Virus record (IMG/VR): IMGVR_UViG_3300036770_008715
Location: 1-64,000 of that record
Source: a virus
DNA length: 64,000 nucleotides
Direction: 5' to 3' (one strand)
This document shows positions 9,755 through 19,569 of the stretch, piece by piece; positions within the stretch are counted from its first letter, which is position 1, and every line of letters begins with the position of its first letter. Under the pieces are notes generated by a model, which was not told the origin of the DNA, did no database searches, and saw only the letters and a program-made list of their open reading frames with translations. Position numbers and translations under genes: made by a program.

Positions 9755-10044
9755 GTAATCAACAGTTTCTTGCTAGGAGTGATAATGCCGCCGAAGATTT
9801 TATTATACTGGTTCTTCAGCTCATTGTCAACTTCTTTTGCAACAATTACATGTTCAGTTTTGAATTCAAACTCGCGGCTCTCGCAATAGGGAAGATAGGG
9901 AAGAAATCCCATACCAACCTCATTGTTAGGCGTCCTCTGCATCATAATCACGATTGGGTTTTTAACACGAATGCTTGTTGGCAATTCTTGCAAGACTTCA
10001 GCCAAGAGTTCTTCGCCAGAAACCATCTTTAATACTTTAATCAT
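9751..10044 (-). CDS. Conserved hypothetical (Sm-like fold protein usually upstream of gene 43)
   Basis: KVLKMVSGEELLAE...VKNP...Y..IFGGIITP pattern; synteny. Confidence 0.65.
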   Translation of the reverse strand: MIKVLKMVSGEELLAEVLQELPTSIRVKNPIVIMMQRTPNNEVGMGFLPYLPYCESREFEFKTEHVIVAKEVDNELKNQYNKIFGGIITPSKKLLIT

Positions 10045-10229
10045 TTTCCTTTCCTTTTAATGTATTCATTAATTTGCTTTTTACTCATCGGTTCTTTGTT
10101 CTTATAGTATTGACCAAGAACAAGTGTCCAAACATCTCCATTTTTGCATATTAATGCCCAGGAGATGAATTCTTTTATTTTTATTTTGTTTGATTCAAAG
10201 GCTTCTTTCAATTCACTGAGAGAATTCAT
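10041..10229 (-). CDS. Hypothetical protein
   Basis: Co-oriented 62-aa ORF with ATGA overlap to the next gene. Confidence 0.6.
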   Translation of the reverse strand: MNSLSELKEAFESNKIKIKEFISWALICKNGDVWTLVLGQYYKNKEPMSKKQINEYIKRKGK

Positions 10230-10245
10230 GATGCACCATAAAAAT

Positions 10246-10320
10246 TGGTTGCGGGGGGAGGATTTGAACCTCCGACCTACGGATTATGAGTCCGTCGCGC
10301 TACCACTGCGCCACCCCGCG
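10246..10320 (-). tRNA. tRNA-fMet (CAT), initiator-like
   Basis: CGCGGGGTGGCGCAGTGGTAGCGCGACGGACTCATAATCCGTAGGTCGGAGGTTCAAATCCTCCCCCCGCAACCA. C1:A72 mismatch, encoded CCA. Confidence 0.92.
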
Positions 10321-10325
10321 ATAAC

Positions 10326-11042
10326 TTAACTGACCAGAATGCTTTCGCATTTAGCCCAAAAATGTTCTTGCTGCCCTGGATGAAATATTTGATAGGAATG
10401 CCAAAACAATTCCTTACCATATTTATCACCAAATGTAGTACCCAATCCATAGACTGGCATACCATCAGCTAGCTCCCAAAATGGATCTTTATTTTTCTCC
10501 CAATCGTACTTATGTGGCGCACGATCAAATCGAAGTGGCATATAAAGTTCTACTGGAATGCCAATCTTTTCAGCTTCCCAAGTCCATTCTTCAGCAACAT
10601 CAGAACGGGCAGTTTCCATTGCTGGCGGCGCACCTATTTTTTTGAATGTTTCTCGAGAAATAGCGCAAGCTGATGGCGCAGCAAAAACATGTTGACCATT
10701 TTCTAGATGATTAGTTCTTTGAATGTTACCAACAATCTTACCGTTCATCGCTTGATCAAGATAAAAGTCTATTGCATCTTCGCATAGCGGAATACAATCA
10801 ATATCTAGGAAAAGAACAACGTCATGATCTATCTGTTGTTCTACTTTAGACTCTTCAAATAGTTTAGTCTTAACGCCATTCATAGCCCAGAAATAATCAA
10901 TACCGACTGCATGCGGAACATCAATTTTAAACATATAGTATTGATGTTTGCTTTTATTAAACTTTTCAACAACAGATCTCTGCAATCCTAAAGTCTTTGG
11001 GTTGATGTTTTCCATAAAAAACGATACAATGCATGCGTTCAT
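10326..11042 (-). CDS. Putative GT-A glycosyltransferase
   Basis: VLFLDIDCIP DxD motif. Likely start ATG 11042 (MNACIVSF), not 11147. Confidence 0.6.
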   Translation of the reverse strand: MNACIVSFFMENINPKTLGLQRSVVEKFNKSKHQYYMFKIDVPHAVGIDYFWAMNGVKTKLFEESKVEQQIDHDVVLFLDIDCIPLCEDAIDFYLDQAMNGKIVGNIQRTNHLENGQHVFAAPSACAISRETFKKIGAPPAMETARSDVAEEWTWEAEKIGIPVELYMPLRFDRAPHKYDWEKNKDPFWELADGMPVYGLGTTFGDKYGKELFWHSYQIFHPGQQEHFWAKCESILVS

Positions 11043-11043
11043 A

Positions 11044-11796
11044 TTATTTTCCCCTTTTCCAAGGCAGTGAGCCATTATATCGCCGAAGCATTTCTGCATT
11101 TCCTTGCTGAAAGAAATTAGCAGTAACAGAAAGTTCACTGTTACCAACTGTATAATTTACTGAGTAATTATATGTTGAGTCATGATTTGATGCCATTTGT
11201 TTCAGATTCGGACACAAGACTCGGTCTACTTCAGGCACACCAGGTTCTCTAGCTTTTCGATACCAAATCGGAGAAACATATACTGCTAGAATTTTAGGTA
11301 GGAAGTAGCAATTAACATCAATAAAATAATCTGTTTGATCTAATACTGAAGGCCAGTTGCCAAGGCTTTCGCAATCATCATTACAAATAAACTTACCTTC
11401 TTTATCGACAATCTTTCGGTAACTGAAAGTCCAATCTTTTCCAGACTCAATAACTTTCATGCAAGATTCGACATGATCTGGCTCAAGAAAGTTGTCTTCA
11501 TCAAGAAACATGACATATTCTCCTTCGCAGAGATATGTCATGGCAGCGTACATTCGATGGCCATTCCACCTGTCTTTGCCGACAGAGTATGGAAGTGCCA
11601 CAACTGTTTCTTTGAGTGGATTTGATACTGGAAATTTAACTGAACTGAACGCACTCAATACAGCTGGTTGACGTTCAGCACCATCAATAACAATAAGATG
11701 TTGTATGTTCTTATAAGTTTGATTTCTGACCGACTGGATATTTTTTAGAAGTATTGGATTGCCAGTTGTTGGCGTAATAATCGAAACTAATTTCAT
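11044..11796 (-). CDS. GT2 glycosyltransferase
   Basis: VSIITPT...SVRNQTY...VIDG...FLDEDN. Confidence 0.88.
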   Translation of the reverse strand: MKLVSIITPTTGNPILLKNIQSVRNQTYKNIQHLIVIDGAERQPAVLSAFSSVKFPVSNPLKETVVALPYSVGKDRWNGHRMYAAMTYLCEGEYVMFLDEDNFLEPDHVESCMKVIESGKDWTFSYRKIVDKEGKFICNDDCESLGNWPSVLDQTDYFIDVNCYFLPKILAVYVSPIWYRKAREPGVPEVDRVLCPNLKQMASNHDSTYNYSVNYTVGNSELSVTANFFQQGNAEMLRRYNGSLPWKRGK

Positions 11797-12002
11797 ACAT
11801 CCTCTTTCAACAGCTTCTCATAAGTCTTGAACAATTCATTAAAACGCATATTGTATATAGTCTCAAGTCCAATGAGAACATTGGTAATATCATCTTCGGT
11901 CATGGTAGGCCCATCCATAATATTGCGGCCCAGCAGCTTGATGTCGTCGACAACGTTCCATGCTGCCATAATCTTTTCTTCAAGTTCATAGAAGCTCATC
12001 AT
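11793..12002 (-). CDS. Conserved hypothetical protein
   Basis: Co-oriented ORF with overlapping start/stop codons. Confidence 0.65.
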   Translation of the reverse strand: MMSFYELEEKIMAAWNVVDDIKLLGRNIMDGPTMTEDDITNVLIGLETIYNMRFNELFKTYEKLLKEDV

Positions 12003-12367
12003 ATTTTCCTCCCAACATATTTTGCATCTTCGGCTGAAGAAATGTATTGATAGGCACCTTTGTTGTAGGCTACAGCTACACGCTTAGACTTAGCAATGAT
12101 CTCGTTACGAGTTTCTTCTTTCTCGCCAGCAAGGAACATCGGATCAGTCATGCTCTTGCGATGAGCGCCGCCACCAACTCGATCGACGCTGATCGAAGCA
12201 TACTGTACTTTACCAGTATTGTATGATGGAATCTTAGCAGTTGAAAGTGCTTCGAGTTCACGACGGCTAAGTTTAACAGCAACAGGTCCAGCTTTCGGCT
12301 TGCGCTTCTTGCGTGGTTTGAAACTATTGTTCACGTATATCAGCATACCATTTCCCAAGTTTTTCAA
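11999..12367 (-). CDS. Hypothetical basic protein
   Basis: C-terminal VAVAYNKGAYQYI motif common in T4-like phages. True start is probably the internal Met (MLIYVN). Confidence 0.65.
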   Translation of the reverse strand: MKNLGNGMLIYVNNSFKPRKKRKPKAGPVAVKLSRRELEALSTAKIPSYNTGKVQYASISVDRVGGGAHRKSMTDPMFLAGEKEETRNEIIAKSKRVAVAYNKGAYQYISSAEDAKYVGRKI

Positions 12368-12500
12368 GTGGCTCTTCTAGAGCTTTGTCGATATATGCAC
12401 AAAGATTATAGAAGTGCTTAATAATAAAAAAGAACACATCCCAAATAAAGGCAATTGATACTAACAGTGCTAATGCTAACCAGGCTCCATACTTCCTCAT
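12324..12500 (-). CDS. Small membrane protein (58 aa)
   Basis: Not in the track. My translation: MRKYGAWLALALLVSIAFIWDVFFFIIKHFYNLCAYIDKALEEPLEKLGKWYADIREQ. ATGA-coupled to the upstream ORF. Confidence 0.55.
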   Translation of the reverse strand: MRKYGAWLALALLVSIAFIWDVFFFIIKHFYNLCAYIDKALEEPLEKLGKWYADIREQ

Positions 12501-12670
12501 CTATAGATACTCAAATAGTATGTAAACGGTATTATAACGCATATTACGATCAAAATCAATGATTTGATGCTATGTTTTTTCGGTACTTTTTCATAAAACG
12601 TACCATTATTACGATCTAGCGTTCGTTTGGTCTTCATATTTCGGTAGATTGGATCACCCCAGCTACTCAT
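12497..12670 (-). CDS. Small membrane protein (57 aa)
   Basis: Not in the track. MSSWGDPIYRNMKTKR...SLILIVICVIIPFTYYLSIYR. Fills the gap with overlapping start/stop codons. Confidence 0.5.
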   Translation of the reverse strand: MSSWGDPIYRNMKTKRTLDRNNGTFYEKVPKKHSIKSLILIVICVIIPFTYYLSIYR

Positions 12671-12851
12671 TCATGAAATCTCCGTTTGAGAAATCAAACC
12701 ACTCGCTGATCTCATTCATCACATAATATGCAATCTGTTCTTTGATCTGCTCGGGAGTTGGGTTGTCTACGTGTTTGTGCGCACGATTCCAACCATAAGC
12801 CACGCCCTCATCAACACAGCGTTCAATAATTTTGTACATTCTGGGTTTCAT
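12663..12851 (-). CDS. Conserved hypothetical phage protein
   Basis: GVAYGWNRAHKH..P...I...VMNEISEWFDF; SD GAGGTG. Confidence 0.7.
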   Translation of the reverse strand: MKPRMYKIIERCVDEGVAYGWNRAHKHVDNPTPEQIKEQIAYYVMNEISEWFDFSNGDFMNE

Positions 12852-12859
12852 AAATCACC

Positions 12860-14026
12860 TCATAAATTAGCTGATACTATTTCATCATTACAGTTTGGTC
12901 TGAGTCGTTTAATCTTATTGGCGATTTCATCAATAAAATTCCAAGCATAAACCACAATCAAAAGGTCTTCATTATCTTGCGCCAAATAAGATTGAGAAAC
13001 AATTGGTATGTTAACCCCACCAATGACCATACCGATCTTTAGTGGATTCTCATCAACAATATAGTCATGATGTAGGCCAAAGTAGTTTGTTCGAACAACA
13101 CCTTTGGCTGCAACTCCATATCCAACAACTTTTTTATTAGATTTTGTTATCTTCTCTAGCAAGGATTTTTTATTGTTTTCTACTCTAATCCTAAACAGAT
13201 CATATGTATGCTCTTTATATAACAAAGATTCTTCAGCTTTTTTATTTTCTACTGCATTATTTGTTGGAGGATATTTCTTAATCTTGAACAAATAACTAAT
13301 CCCATGAACTGGCCTGTACTCAACATCATGCAACCAAAGCCCTGCATTTTCGCATAACTTTTGCATTGAATTGATAGTGAAGAATGAATGGTGCTCATGA
13401 TATATTGTATCAAACTCACCATTGGTTACCATATTTTTCTGAGAAGTTTGTATATACAAAGTTCCTTCATCTTCAAGAATATTGCCGCAGCTCTTAACAA
13501 ACTCAATAGGATTTGGAATATGGGCAACAACATTGAAGCAAGTTATAGCTGCGAACTTATCTTTGATATTATTTGATGGGAAGTAATCGCAAAGTATATT
13601 AAGCTCTTTATCAGTCATCTCGACTATATTTTGAGCAGGATCTATACCAGCAACTTCCCAATTATATTTCTTGAATGCTTTAAGGAACGATCCATCATTA
13701 CATGCAATATCCAATACTTTTTTAGATTCGCATTTATTTTCTTTATCAATAATAGAAGCGACCTTATCAAATTCTTGCACAAGAGTATTTGTTGTACCGC
13801 TAACATACAGATAGTTTTTGTATAGCATATCGCGATCAACTGCAATAGTCAGTTGACTGTGCCAACAATCCAAACAAACGTTTGTTGCTAGAGGAAACAA
13901 CTCTTCCTTTTCTTCCTTTGATTTCTTTAGGTTATTCGCTAACGGTTGTACGCCAAGATCGCAGAATAACTTCAGATTTGTTCCATTGCAAGCTAAACAC
14001 TTTGTCATAAATTCATAAGAAGACAT
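12860..14026 (-). CDS. NDP-sugar C-methyltransferase
   Basis: N-terminal CxxC..CxxC zinc site, LDIACNDG SAM motif, FDTIYHEH, GYGVAAKG C-terminal domain. Confidence 0.88.
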   Translation of the reverse strand: MSSYEFMTKCLACNGTNLKLFCDLGVQPLANNLKKSKEEKEELFPLATNVCLDCWHSQLTIAVDRDMLYKNYLYVSGTTNTLVQEFDKVASIIDKENKCESKKVLDIACNDGSFLKAFKKYNWEVAGIDPAQNIVEMTDKELNILCDYFPSNNIKDKFAAITCFNVVAHIPNPIEFVKSCGNILEDEGTLYIQTSQKNMVTNGEFDTIYHEHHSFFTINSMQKLCENAGLWLHDVEYRPVHGISYLFKIKKYPPTNNAVENKKAEESLLYKEHTYDLFRIRVENNKKSLLEKITKSNKKVVGYGVAAKGVVRTNYFGLHHDYIVDENPLKIGMVIGGVNIPIVSQSYLAQDNEDLLIVVYAWNFIDEIANKIKRLRPNCNDEIVSANL

Positions 14027-14039
14027 ACTAAACCCTCAT

Positions 14040-14975
14040 TTATAGAAACTTAGAGATGACATCCTCATAGCATTTTCTGAAGTTATCTTCTGTGCATATT
14101 TGTTGATATGCTGATATAGGTTCAAGGCCGTAGCCGATTATATCTTTGATTGGAGTTTTATCAATATCAATTCTATCGCTTAGAATGTGCTTAAACATTG
14201 AAGAGCTATTCACTGCTATAGGTTTCTTTGCCGCCAGTGCATAATCAGTACTGCTGCTGACCAGACCATCATTATTGTTCTGCGCATAATAGAAGATATT
14301 GATATCATTTTTATTCAAGAACAAAATAAGATGCTCTATATCAAGAAAATCGTGGTATATGTTTAATTCTATGTTTGGATTGGCAACGCTTCTGCATTCA
14401 TCAGCTAGCTTCCTAGCAGCAGTTCCAGTTATATCAACATAATCACCAAGGCCAATATTAAAATTTAATATAACATGCTCATCCTTAAATTGATTATTTA
14501 CATGATTTATGATCTTGGCATATTCCTTAGTATACCATCCAAACCCAAAATTTCCAATTTTAATTGGACCATTTGGCGGGCTATATTTAATATCATCAAT
14601 CTCAACTACAGGCCTTGGTATATTAACGCACTTATCATTAAATGGTTTAATATTTGGTGATATTAAAAAATTAGCAGCTGCCGATTGGAAGTTTGGTAGA
14701 AATGTTGGTTCATGGCCAATCGTTAAAAATTTAACACAAGGCAAATGATTTGCTAAATGATCGCTAAACCAATTTAGCAAAGAGCTATCATAATTGAATA
14801 TTATTGCATCTGGTCTATGTATATTAACCCACTGGATAAATTCGTCAATCCCATTGACAGGGGCAAAAAGATAGTTATATTTTTTACTTTTTTCTAGAAT
14901 CTTATATGTTGAAAGTCCGTATTGATAAACGCCACACTGCTTTTTATGCCCCTGAACAATTGCGATATTTTTCAT
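14040..14975 (-). CDS. Putative GT-B glycosyltransferase
   Basis: CGVYQYG N-terminus, GNFGFG..K, SSSTDYALAAKKPI (GT4-like C-terminal motif). Confidence 0.6.
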   Translation of the reverse strand: MKNIAIVQGHKKQCGVYQYGLSTYKILEKSKKYNYLFAPVNGIDEFIQWVNIHRPDAIIFNYDSSLLNWFSDHLANHLPCVKFLTIGHEPTFLPNFQSAAANFLISPNIKPFNDKCVNIPRPVVEIDDIKYSPPNGPIKIGNFGFGWYTKEYAKIINHVNNQFKDEHVILNFNIGLGDYVDITGTAARKLADECRSVANPNIELNIYHDFLDIEHLILFLNKNDINIFYYAQNNNDGLVSSSTDYALAAKKPIAVNSSSMFKHILSDRIDIDKTPIKDIIGYGLEPISAYQQICTEDNFRKCYEDVISKFL

Positions 14976-14985
14976 AATGAACCCT

Positions 14986-15636
14986 TCACAGCAATAGATA
15001 TTTGTTCCACAATTTAATAGATTTGTCGGCGGCCTTGAACCTATCGATAACTTCTCTTGATACTAGATCTGGATGTACATACCAATCTTCAAAATCACCC
15101 AATTCTTGCATAGGGCTGATATTGGAGACTATCAATTCATACCCTTTACTTTCCATAAACTCTCTACTTCTTATTTTGATATCATCGCCCCAAGCATAAC
15201 AATCATGCTCGAAAGTCAAGACAGCAAATCGATGAGTGTCAAATGGTAATTTCGTTAGCACATCAAAAGTGACGCTTGGAGGTTCGCAATCTACACTGGC
15301 ATAATCAATGTCAGTAACAGTTATTCCAGCTCGTAGAAGTAATCCAGGGTAATCCATTGTTCTAGCATCTTGCAGTTCGATGTGGTGTTTTCTACCGAAC
15401 CTTTTATGCTCATCATACCAGCCTCGGCTAATCTCTACGCTGGCTCCTCTCCACCCATAGTATTTCTCTAGAACATAACTGTTGCTTGTCTCAACAGCAG
15501 GGCCAGCTCCAATTTCAAGGTAGGTTCCATTAGTTTTACCATCAAGAATACCAAGAACAAATAAATCTTGCCCTGCTTGGCCGCAACCAGCCTCTATTAA
15601 CTCATGTCCCCTAAAAGGAAATTTTAGGTTATTCAT
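14986..15636 (-). CDS. FkbM-family methyltransferase
   Basis: QAGQD...GTYLEIGAG...SNS..LE...W.G, IDYASVDCEP, TFEHD. Confidence 0.8.
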   Translation of the reverse strand: MNNLKFPFRGHELIEAGCGQAGQDLFVLGILDGKTNGTYLEIGAGPAVETSNSYVLEKYYGWRGASVEISRGWYDEHKRFGRKHHIELQDARTMDYPGLLLRAGITVTDIDYASVDCEPPSVTFDVLTKLPFDTHRFAVLTFEHDCYAWGDDIKIRSREFMESKGYELIVSNISPMQELGDFEDWYVHPDLVSREVIDRFKAADKSIKLWNKYLLL

Positions 15637-15639
15637 ATA

Positions 15640-16860
15640 TTATCCAATAATTTGAAATTTCGGACAAGGAACTACCAGCTTACCGCCAGCTTTAACAAAT
15701 TCTTGTTCTCTCTTGACGAACTCATCGATGAAATGCCAAGGAAGAACTAGAAGATAATCTGGTTTGGCTGCGCGCATTTCTTCTTCGCTAACAATCGGAA
15801 TATTTGTTCCAACTGTGGTCAAGCCAAACTTATATGGACTACGTTCGGCAATAGCAGTTAGAAGATCTGGAGTAATCCCAAAAAGTTGCAGAAGAGTGTT
15901 GCCTTTCGTGCTTGCACCATAACCATAAACTTTCTTGCCTTCTTTCTTTGCTGTTTGAAGGAAATCCATCACCTGTTCTTTTAGTTCCCAGATATTATCA
16001 CCGAAAGCTGCCCAGTGCTTAGGATCAGAAATATCCCACTCTTTTTCTTCAAGAGCTAGGATTGAATCCACTCTGAAATCGCAGACATCTCGAAGTGGGG
16101 CGGTGCCAAAGGATGTTTTATCACTAACGTCTTTTTGGAAATATACTCTAAAGCTACCACCATTAGTATCATTCAAACTGCAATCACGAACAATAAACCC
16201 TTCACTTTCAAACAGTTTCTTAATACTCTTTAAACCATAATAGTATACGTGTTCATGACAAATATTGTCAAATGCAAGTTGTTTAAGCATCAGCGGAGTA
16301 TAGCTCATCTGCATAACAAACACACCATCATCTTCTAGAATATCATATACATCCCTGATGAATTGCCTTGGCTCTTCTAGATCATAGAACATAGCAATAC
16401 AAGTTACTACTTTAGCTTGCTTATGACCAAATCCAGTTTTATTATAAGCATCTCTAGAAAAGAAATCCTGAATGACTTTATTTGCAAATTTGCTGCTTTC
16501 TGCGACATAGGAATCATCGGCAGGATCGATACCAATTTTGATAACATTTTGGGGAATGAACTTAAACATTGTCCCATCATTACATGCAATATCAACCCAA
16601 ACATCATTAGAGTTCACTTTAATTCTACTAGTAATTTCGTCGACGATCTCATTGAGTTGTTTGGTCATGCTAGCGTTAATACCAGAACGATACCAATATT
16701 GGCCATACATCTTATCAAGTGGAACCGTTTGAGCTAGCCTAGCCGCTCCAATTTCATCATCAAGATATAGATCTAGACTATATTTTCCAGCCCTATAATC
16801 AGATCCAGGTTTAACAAAGTCGCTAACAAAATGATCTCCAAGCTCAAGAACTTTTTTCAT
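15640..16860 (-). CDS. NDP-sugar C-methyltransferase (second paralog)
   Basis: YWYRSG, DIACNDGT, FDNICHEH, YGYGASTKGNTLLQ, LVLPWHF. Confidence 0.9.
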   Translation of the reverse strand: MKKVLELGDHFVSDFVKPGSDYRAGKYSLDLYLDDEIGAARLAQTVPLDKMYGQYWYRSGINASMTKQLNEIVDEITSRIKVNSNDVWVDIACNDGTMFKFIPQNVIKIGIDPADDSYVAESSKFANKVIQDFFSRDAYNKTGFGHKQAKVVTCIAMFYDLEEPRQFIRDVYDILEDDGVFVMQMSYTPLMLKQLAFDNICHEHVYYYGLKSIKKLFESEGFIVRDCSLNDTNGGSFRVYFQKDVSDKTSFGTAPLRDVCDFRVDSILALEEKEWDISDPKHWAAFGDNIWELKEQVMDFLQTAKKEGKKVYGYGASTKGNTLLQLFGITPDLLTAIAERSPYKFGLTTVGTNIPIVSEEEMRAAKPDYLLVLPWHFIDEFVKREQEFVKAGGKLVVPCPKFQIIG

Positions 16861-16869
16861 AAAAACTCC

Positions 16870-17874
16870 TCAAATATTGTCTAAATCAGATTTACACATG
16901 TCAGATACAAGATCCTTCAAAGAATATTTAGGTTGCCACTTTAGAACCTTTCTTGCCTTCGAAGCATCTCCTAGTAAATTAACGACATCGACTGGACGAT
17001 AAAAATCTGTATTTACTTTAACAAGAATGTCACCAGTCTTTTTATTTCTTGCGAATTCATCAACGCCAGACCCTTCCCACTCAAGTTGGATATCAAAATA
17101 TTCTGCAGAGTAGTTGCAGAAATCTCTGACGCTGGCTTGTGTTCCTGTTGCAATAACATAATCATCTGGCTTGTCTTGCTGTAGCATCAGCCACATTGCC
17201 CTCACATAATCTTTAGCATGACCCCAATCTCTAAGGCTATCAAGATTACCAAGTTCAATTGGTTTAATTTTACCCATAGCAATATCAACAAATCCTTTGG
17301 TTATCTTGCGCGTCACAAACAATTCGCCTCGGCGCGGCGACTCATGATTATAAAGGATACCATTACAAGCGAATATATTATACCCCAACCTGTAGTTAAT
17401 CACTAACCAATGTGCATAGAGTTTAGCAGCACCATATGGGCTGGCTGGTCGAAAAACTGTTTCTTCGTTTTGAGGGGCTGTTTGTACCATACCAAACATT
17501 TCACTAGTGCTTGCTTGGTAGAATTTAGTGTTAAGATTTAACGCTCGAATTGCCTCAAGAATACGAAGTGGCCCCAATGCATTAATATCAGTTGTATGTT
17601 GTGGCGCCTCAAAACTGATCTTGACATGACTCTGAGCTGCTAGATTATAGATCTCATGCGGGCGAACCAAAGCAATAACTGCTGCCAAACAAATACTATC
17701 GGATAGATCAGCCTGATGTAGAGTTATTTTGTTTTTAATTTTTGCTATGTGTTTATGGTTTGAATCAGAACTTCTTCTGATAATACCATGTACCGAATAG
17801 CCCTTTTCTAATAGGAGTTCAGCCAAATAGCTTCCGTCTTGTCCAGTGATGCCTGTGATTAATGCTGTTTTCAT
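16870..17874 (-). CDS. gmd: GDP-mannose 4,6-dehydratase
   Basis: GITGQDGSYL, YNLAAQSHV, YQASTSE, SPYGAAK, NHESPRRG, RDWGHAKDY. Confidence 0.97.
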   Translation of the reverse strand: MKTALITGITGQDGSYLAELLLEKGYSVHGIIRRSSDSNHKHIAKIKNKITLHQADLSDSICLAAVIALVRPHEIYNLAAQSHVKISFEAPQHTTDINALGPLRILEAIRALNLNTKFYQASTSEMFGMVQTAPQNEETVFRPASPYGAAKLYAHWLVINYRLGYNIFACNGILYNHESPRRGELFVTRKITKGFVDIAMGKIKPIELGNLDSLRDWGHAKDYVRAMWLMLQQDKPDDYVIATGTQASVRDFCNYSAEYFDIQLEWEGSGVDEFARNKKTGDILVKVNTDFYRPVDVVNLLGDASKARKVLKWQPKYSLKDLVSDMCKSDLDNI

Positions 17875-17990
17875 TTTTTTACCTTCTTAGGCTTTTTATT
17901 GCCAAATATTTTTTCCCAGTTTTCCCTATATTTTTGGCTAGAGGGTTTGGTTTTAATAAGATCTCCTGTTATATCATTTTTCGAAGACAT
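17871..17990 (-). CDS. Small conserved-looking phage protein (39 aa)
   Basis: Not in the track. MSSKNDITGDLIKTKPSSQKYRENWEKIFGNKKPKKVKK; ATGA overlap with gmd. Confidence 0.55.
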   Translation of the reverse strand: MSSKNDITGDLIKTKPSSQKYRENWEKIFGNKKPKKVKK

Positions 17991-18636
17991 CGATGTTCCT
18001 CCATCTCCCTGGTTCGAAATAATTGAACCAAACATAAACTTCTGGTAAATACATGGTATGTACTTGTTGTGTTATTGCTGTAATCAACATACCATCGCCA
18101 CAATCATACCTTGGGAATCTAAATCCTAGATCAAGAACCTTACCCTTGACTAAAATTTGTTCAAGCCCAACCTTCATCGGCTGCATAAAAATTGGATGGG
18201 CAATCAAAGTATTTGTGTGGTGATGGCGGTTGGTTCCTTTCACGCTTTCTGGAATCTCATCGCCTCGTTTCATTGAAGTGATGATAACATTAATTTCATA
18301 TGGGAAATTATATATCACATTTCGCAGTTTGTCAAAAAAATCTGGCTCGTATGCATCATCATCATTCAAAAAACAATACATATCTTCTGGTTCTAAAGGA
18401 TAATTATCTAGGAACCAATTGAGAGATGTATTAGACCTATCCCAAAATAGTTCCCTATCGTTATGACAAATATGGTGTTTAATCCAATCTTCTTGTGGTG
18501 GTACGAACTCATGGGATTTCGGATTATCGTCATCAGTCACAATATGCCAAAAAACATTGTGCCCCTTTAATGCATTATAAAGTTTTGGTACATTATCAAA
18601 CCTCGCTAATGGACAAACAACATGGAATTTTTGCAC
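17974..18636 (-). CDS. Putative GT-A glycosyltransferase
   Basis: VVCPLAR, WHIVTD, CFLNDDD motif. Confidence 0.6.
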   Translation of the reverse strand: MQKFHVVCPLARFDNVPKLYNALKGHNVFWHIVTDDDNPKSHEFVPPQEDWIKHHICHNDRELFWDRSNTSLNWFLDNYPLEPEDMYCFLNDDDAYEPDFFDKLRNVIYNFPYEINVIITSMKRGDEIPESVKGTNRHHHTNTLIAHPIFMQPMKVGLEQILVKGKVLDLGFRFPRYDCGDGMLITAITQQVHTMYLPEVYVWFNYFEPGRWRNIDVFEK

Positions 18637-18638
18637 AG

Positions 18639-19262
18639 CTATTCTCCTGTTACAATGTTCATGTTTCCAGCTACAGAAATTCTAGTTTCATCTGAAGTGA
18701 AAAATGGATAGACACAATGAGTCATATTAGCAGGAAACATAATTATTCTCCCTTCGTCTCTTTTGTTTACCCAAATTAGATGGGAGCTCAAGCCCATAGT
18801 GTGAGTTGAATATGTGAGTTCAAATGCTGCAACTCTTGGAGTTTGCGGTTTCTCATGAAAATCTACCTTCAGTTCTTCATCAATATCATATGGAATATTA
18901 ACCCAAATAACAAAAGATGCTTTCCCACCATGAATGTGGTTTGGATTGTACTCACCTTTCTTTTGGTAGTTGATCCAAATGTCATTGATTACTGGATACT
19001 GATTATCTCTTAACTCGTGGTCTGGATCTACTGAAAATGTATTGCGCCAGGATCGATACATCTCTAAAAGAAAATTGCTTAGTTCTAGATCGCTATGGTG
19101 ATCGTATTGATATTCTTCTCGAATGTATGAAATTAGATTGTGATTGTATGTATCTTTCTTAGCAACACCAGAAAGGCAATCAGATTTTAATCTTTCAAAG
19201 ATGTGATTGGGAATTCTGCTTTCCAGAACTCCAGGGTTGTATATTGGTAGTATATTGAACAT
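18639..19262 (-). CDS. 2OG-Fe(II) oxygenase (phage small type)
   Basis: WINYQKKGEYNPNHIH, FPANMTHCVYPF, RISVAGN. Start ATG 19262 after SD GGAGG. Confidence 0.85.
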   Translation of the reverse strand: MFNILPIYNPGVLESRIPNHIFERLKSDCLSGVAKKDTYNHNLISYIREEYQYDHHSDLELSNFLLEMYRSWRNTFSVDPDHELRDNQYPVINDIWINYQKKGEYNPNHIHGGKASFVIWVNIPYDIDEELKVDFHEKPQTPRVAAFELTYSTHTMGLSSHLIWVNKRDEGRIIMFPANMTHCVYPFFTSDETRISVAGNMNIVTGE

Positions 19263-19275
19263 CACACCTCCATAT

Positions 19276-19352
19276 TGGCGCACCCGAGAGGATTCGAACC
19301 TCTGACCAATAGCTTAGAAGGCTACTGCTCTATCCTACTGAGCTACGAGTGC
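19276..19352 (-). tRNA. tRNA-Arg (TCT)
   Basis: GCACTCGTAGCTCAGTAGGATAGAGCAGTAGCCTTCTAAGCTATTGGTCAGAGGTTCGAATCCTCTCGGGTGCGCCA. Confidence 0.95.
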
Positions 19353-19354
19353 AA

Positions 19355-19561
19355 TTAATCATAATTTCCATGAAAATTATAATCTTCTTCGATCGGAGAA
19401 TACCAGAAACTTTCTAGCTCTTCCGCTGCGACTTGAGGTGTGAAGTTGTTTTTGTAGCAGGCAAATAACAAACTTGAATCCACAGCACTCAGCGCATCGA
19501 TTTGTAGAATTTTCATGACTTCTTTTTTATATAGGTCAAACGGATCAATGTACTGAATCAT
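19355..19561 (-). CDS. Hypothetical protein
   Basis: Co-oriented ORF with SD AGGAG. Confidence 0.6.
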   Translation of the reverse strand: MIQYIDPFDLYKKEVMKILQIDALSAVDSSLLFACYKNNFTPQVAAEELESFWYSPIEEDYNFHGNYD

Positions 19562-19569
19562 AGAATCTC

